Source of the DNA: Selaginella moellendorffii
Taxonomy: Eukaryota; Plantae; Lycopodiophyta
Assembly: GCF_000143415.4 (NCBI RefSeq)
Contig: NW_003314649.1
Span: 1 to 7,863, forward strand
Reading direction: 5' to 3'
Length of the DNA: 7,863 bases
The stretch's first letter is position 1, and each line of letters opens with the position of its first letter. The notes beneath the pieces were generated by a model. It did no database searches and was not told the origin of the DNA. It saw nothing but the letters and a program-made list of their open reading frames with translations. The translations under genes were made by a program, and so were the position numbers. Shown here piece by piece: positions 7,682 to 7,863 of this stretch.

Positions 7682-7863
7682 ATCCTTCCTTCTCTTCTCG
7701 ACTGCCAGGCAATTAAATCAACTTTATTTTTGGGTAAACTTTGAATATACAAACACTTTTGGTCCCTGTTCCAACCAGATTAACGCTCCAATCTCACAGC
7801 CACCTATCCGATTGAGATGAGGCAGAGATTAATGTTGTGATTGGAAGGCAAGCAAGGGATGTG

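Larger units (their letters stand above)
5699..7863 (+). repeat. Long direct repeat, right copy (runs off window end; true left end unknown)
   Basis: Aligns to 1-2172. Starts cttttgggc..ttgtgagtagcagataccgc and ends attggaaggcaagca.gggatgtg in both copies. Confidence 0.97.

Noticed and set aside
1-7863. LTR retrotransposon interpretation of the long direct repeats
   Set aside because: No gag/pol remnants, primer-binding site, polypurine tract or TG..CA ends identifiable. The outer ends lie outside the window.

Overview
Eukaryotic-looking, repeat-rich window. The host is probably a CG-methylating genome, plausibly a plant, but the taxon cannot be fixed from sequence alone. There is one convincing gene: an intronless, very AT-rich minus-strand CDS (3465-4358, 297 aa). 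It encodes a signal peptide, an N-terminal domain of about 140 aa that I cannot assign, and a C-terminal bulb-type (GNA-like) mannose-binding lectin domain with two intact QxDxNxVxY sites and one degenerate site. The gene lies in an AT-rich island (about 2470-5135) and is bracketed by an imperfect ~370-bp direct repeat of its own upstream region. That island lies between two copies of a >2.1-kb direct repeat (1-2172 and 5699-7863, offset 5742 bp in the core), each containing a dimer of a ~780-bp unit. The two long copies are mosaic: a ~970-bp almost identical core, with diverged arms carrying clustered 8-12 bp deletions, a ~140-bp inversion and template-switch scars. The most interesting hypothesis is a secreted two-chain (effector + lectin) protein with a dibasic site and Cys pattern reminiscent of AB-type toxins, possibly foreign in origin and amplified in a ~5.7-kb tandem array. 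All alignments and GC estimates were made by eye.
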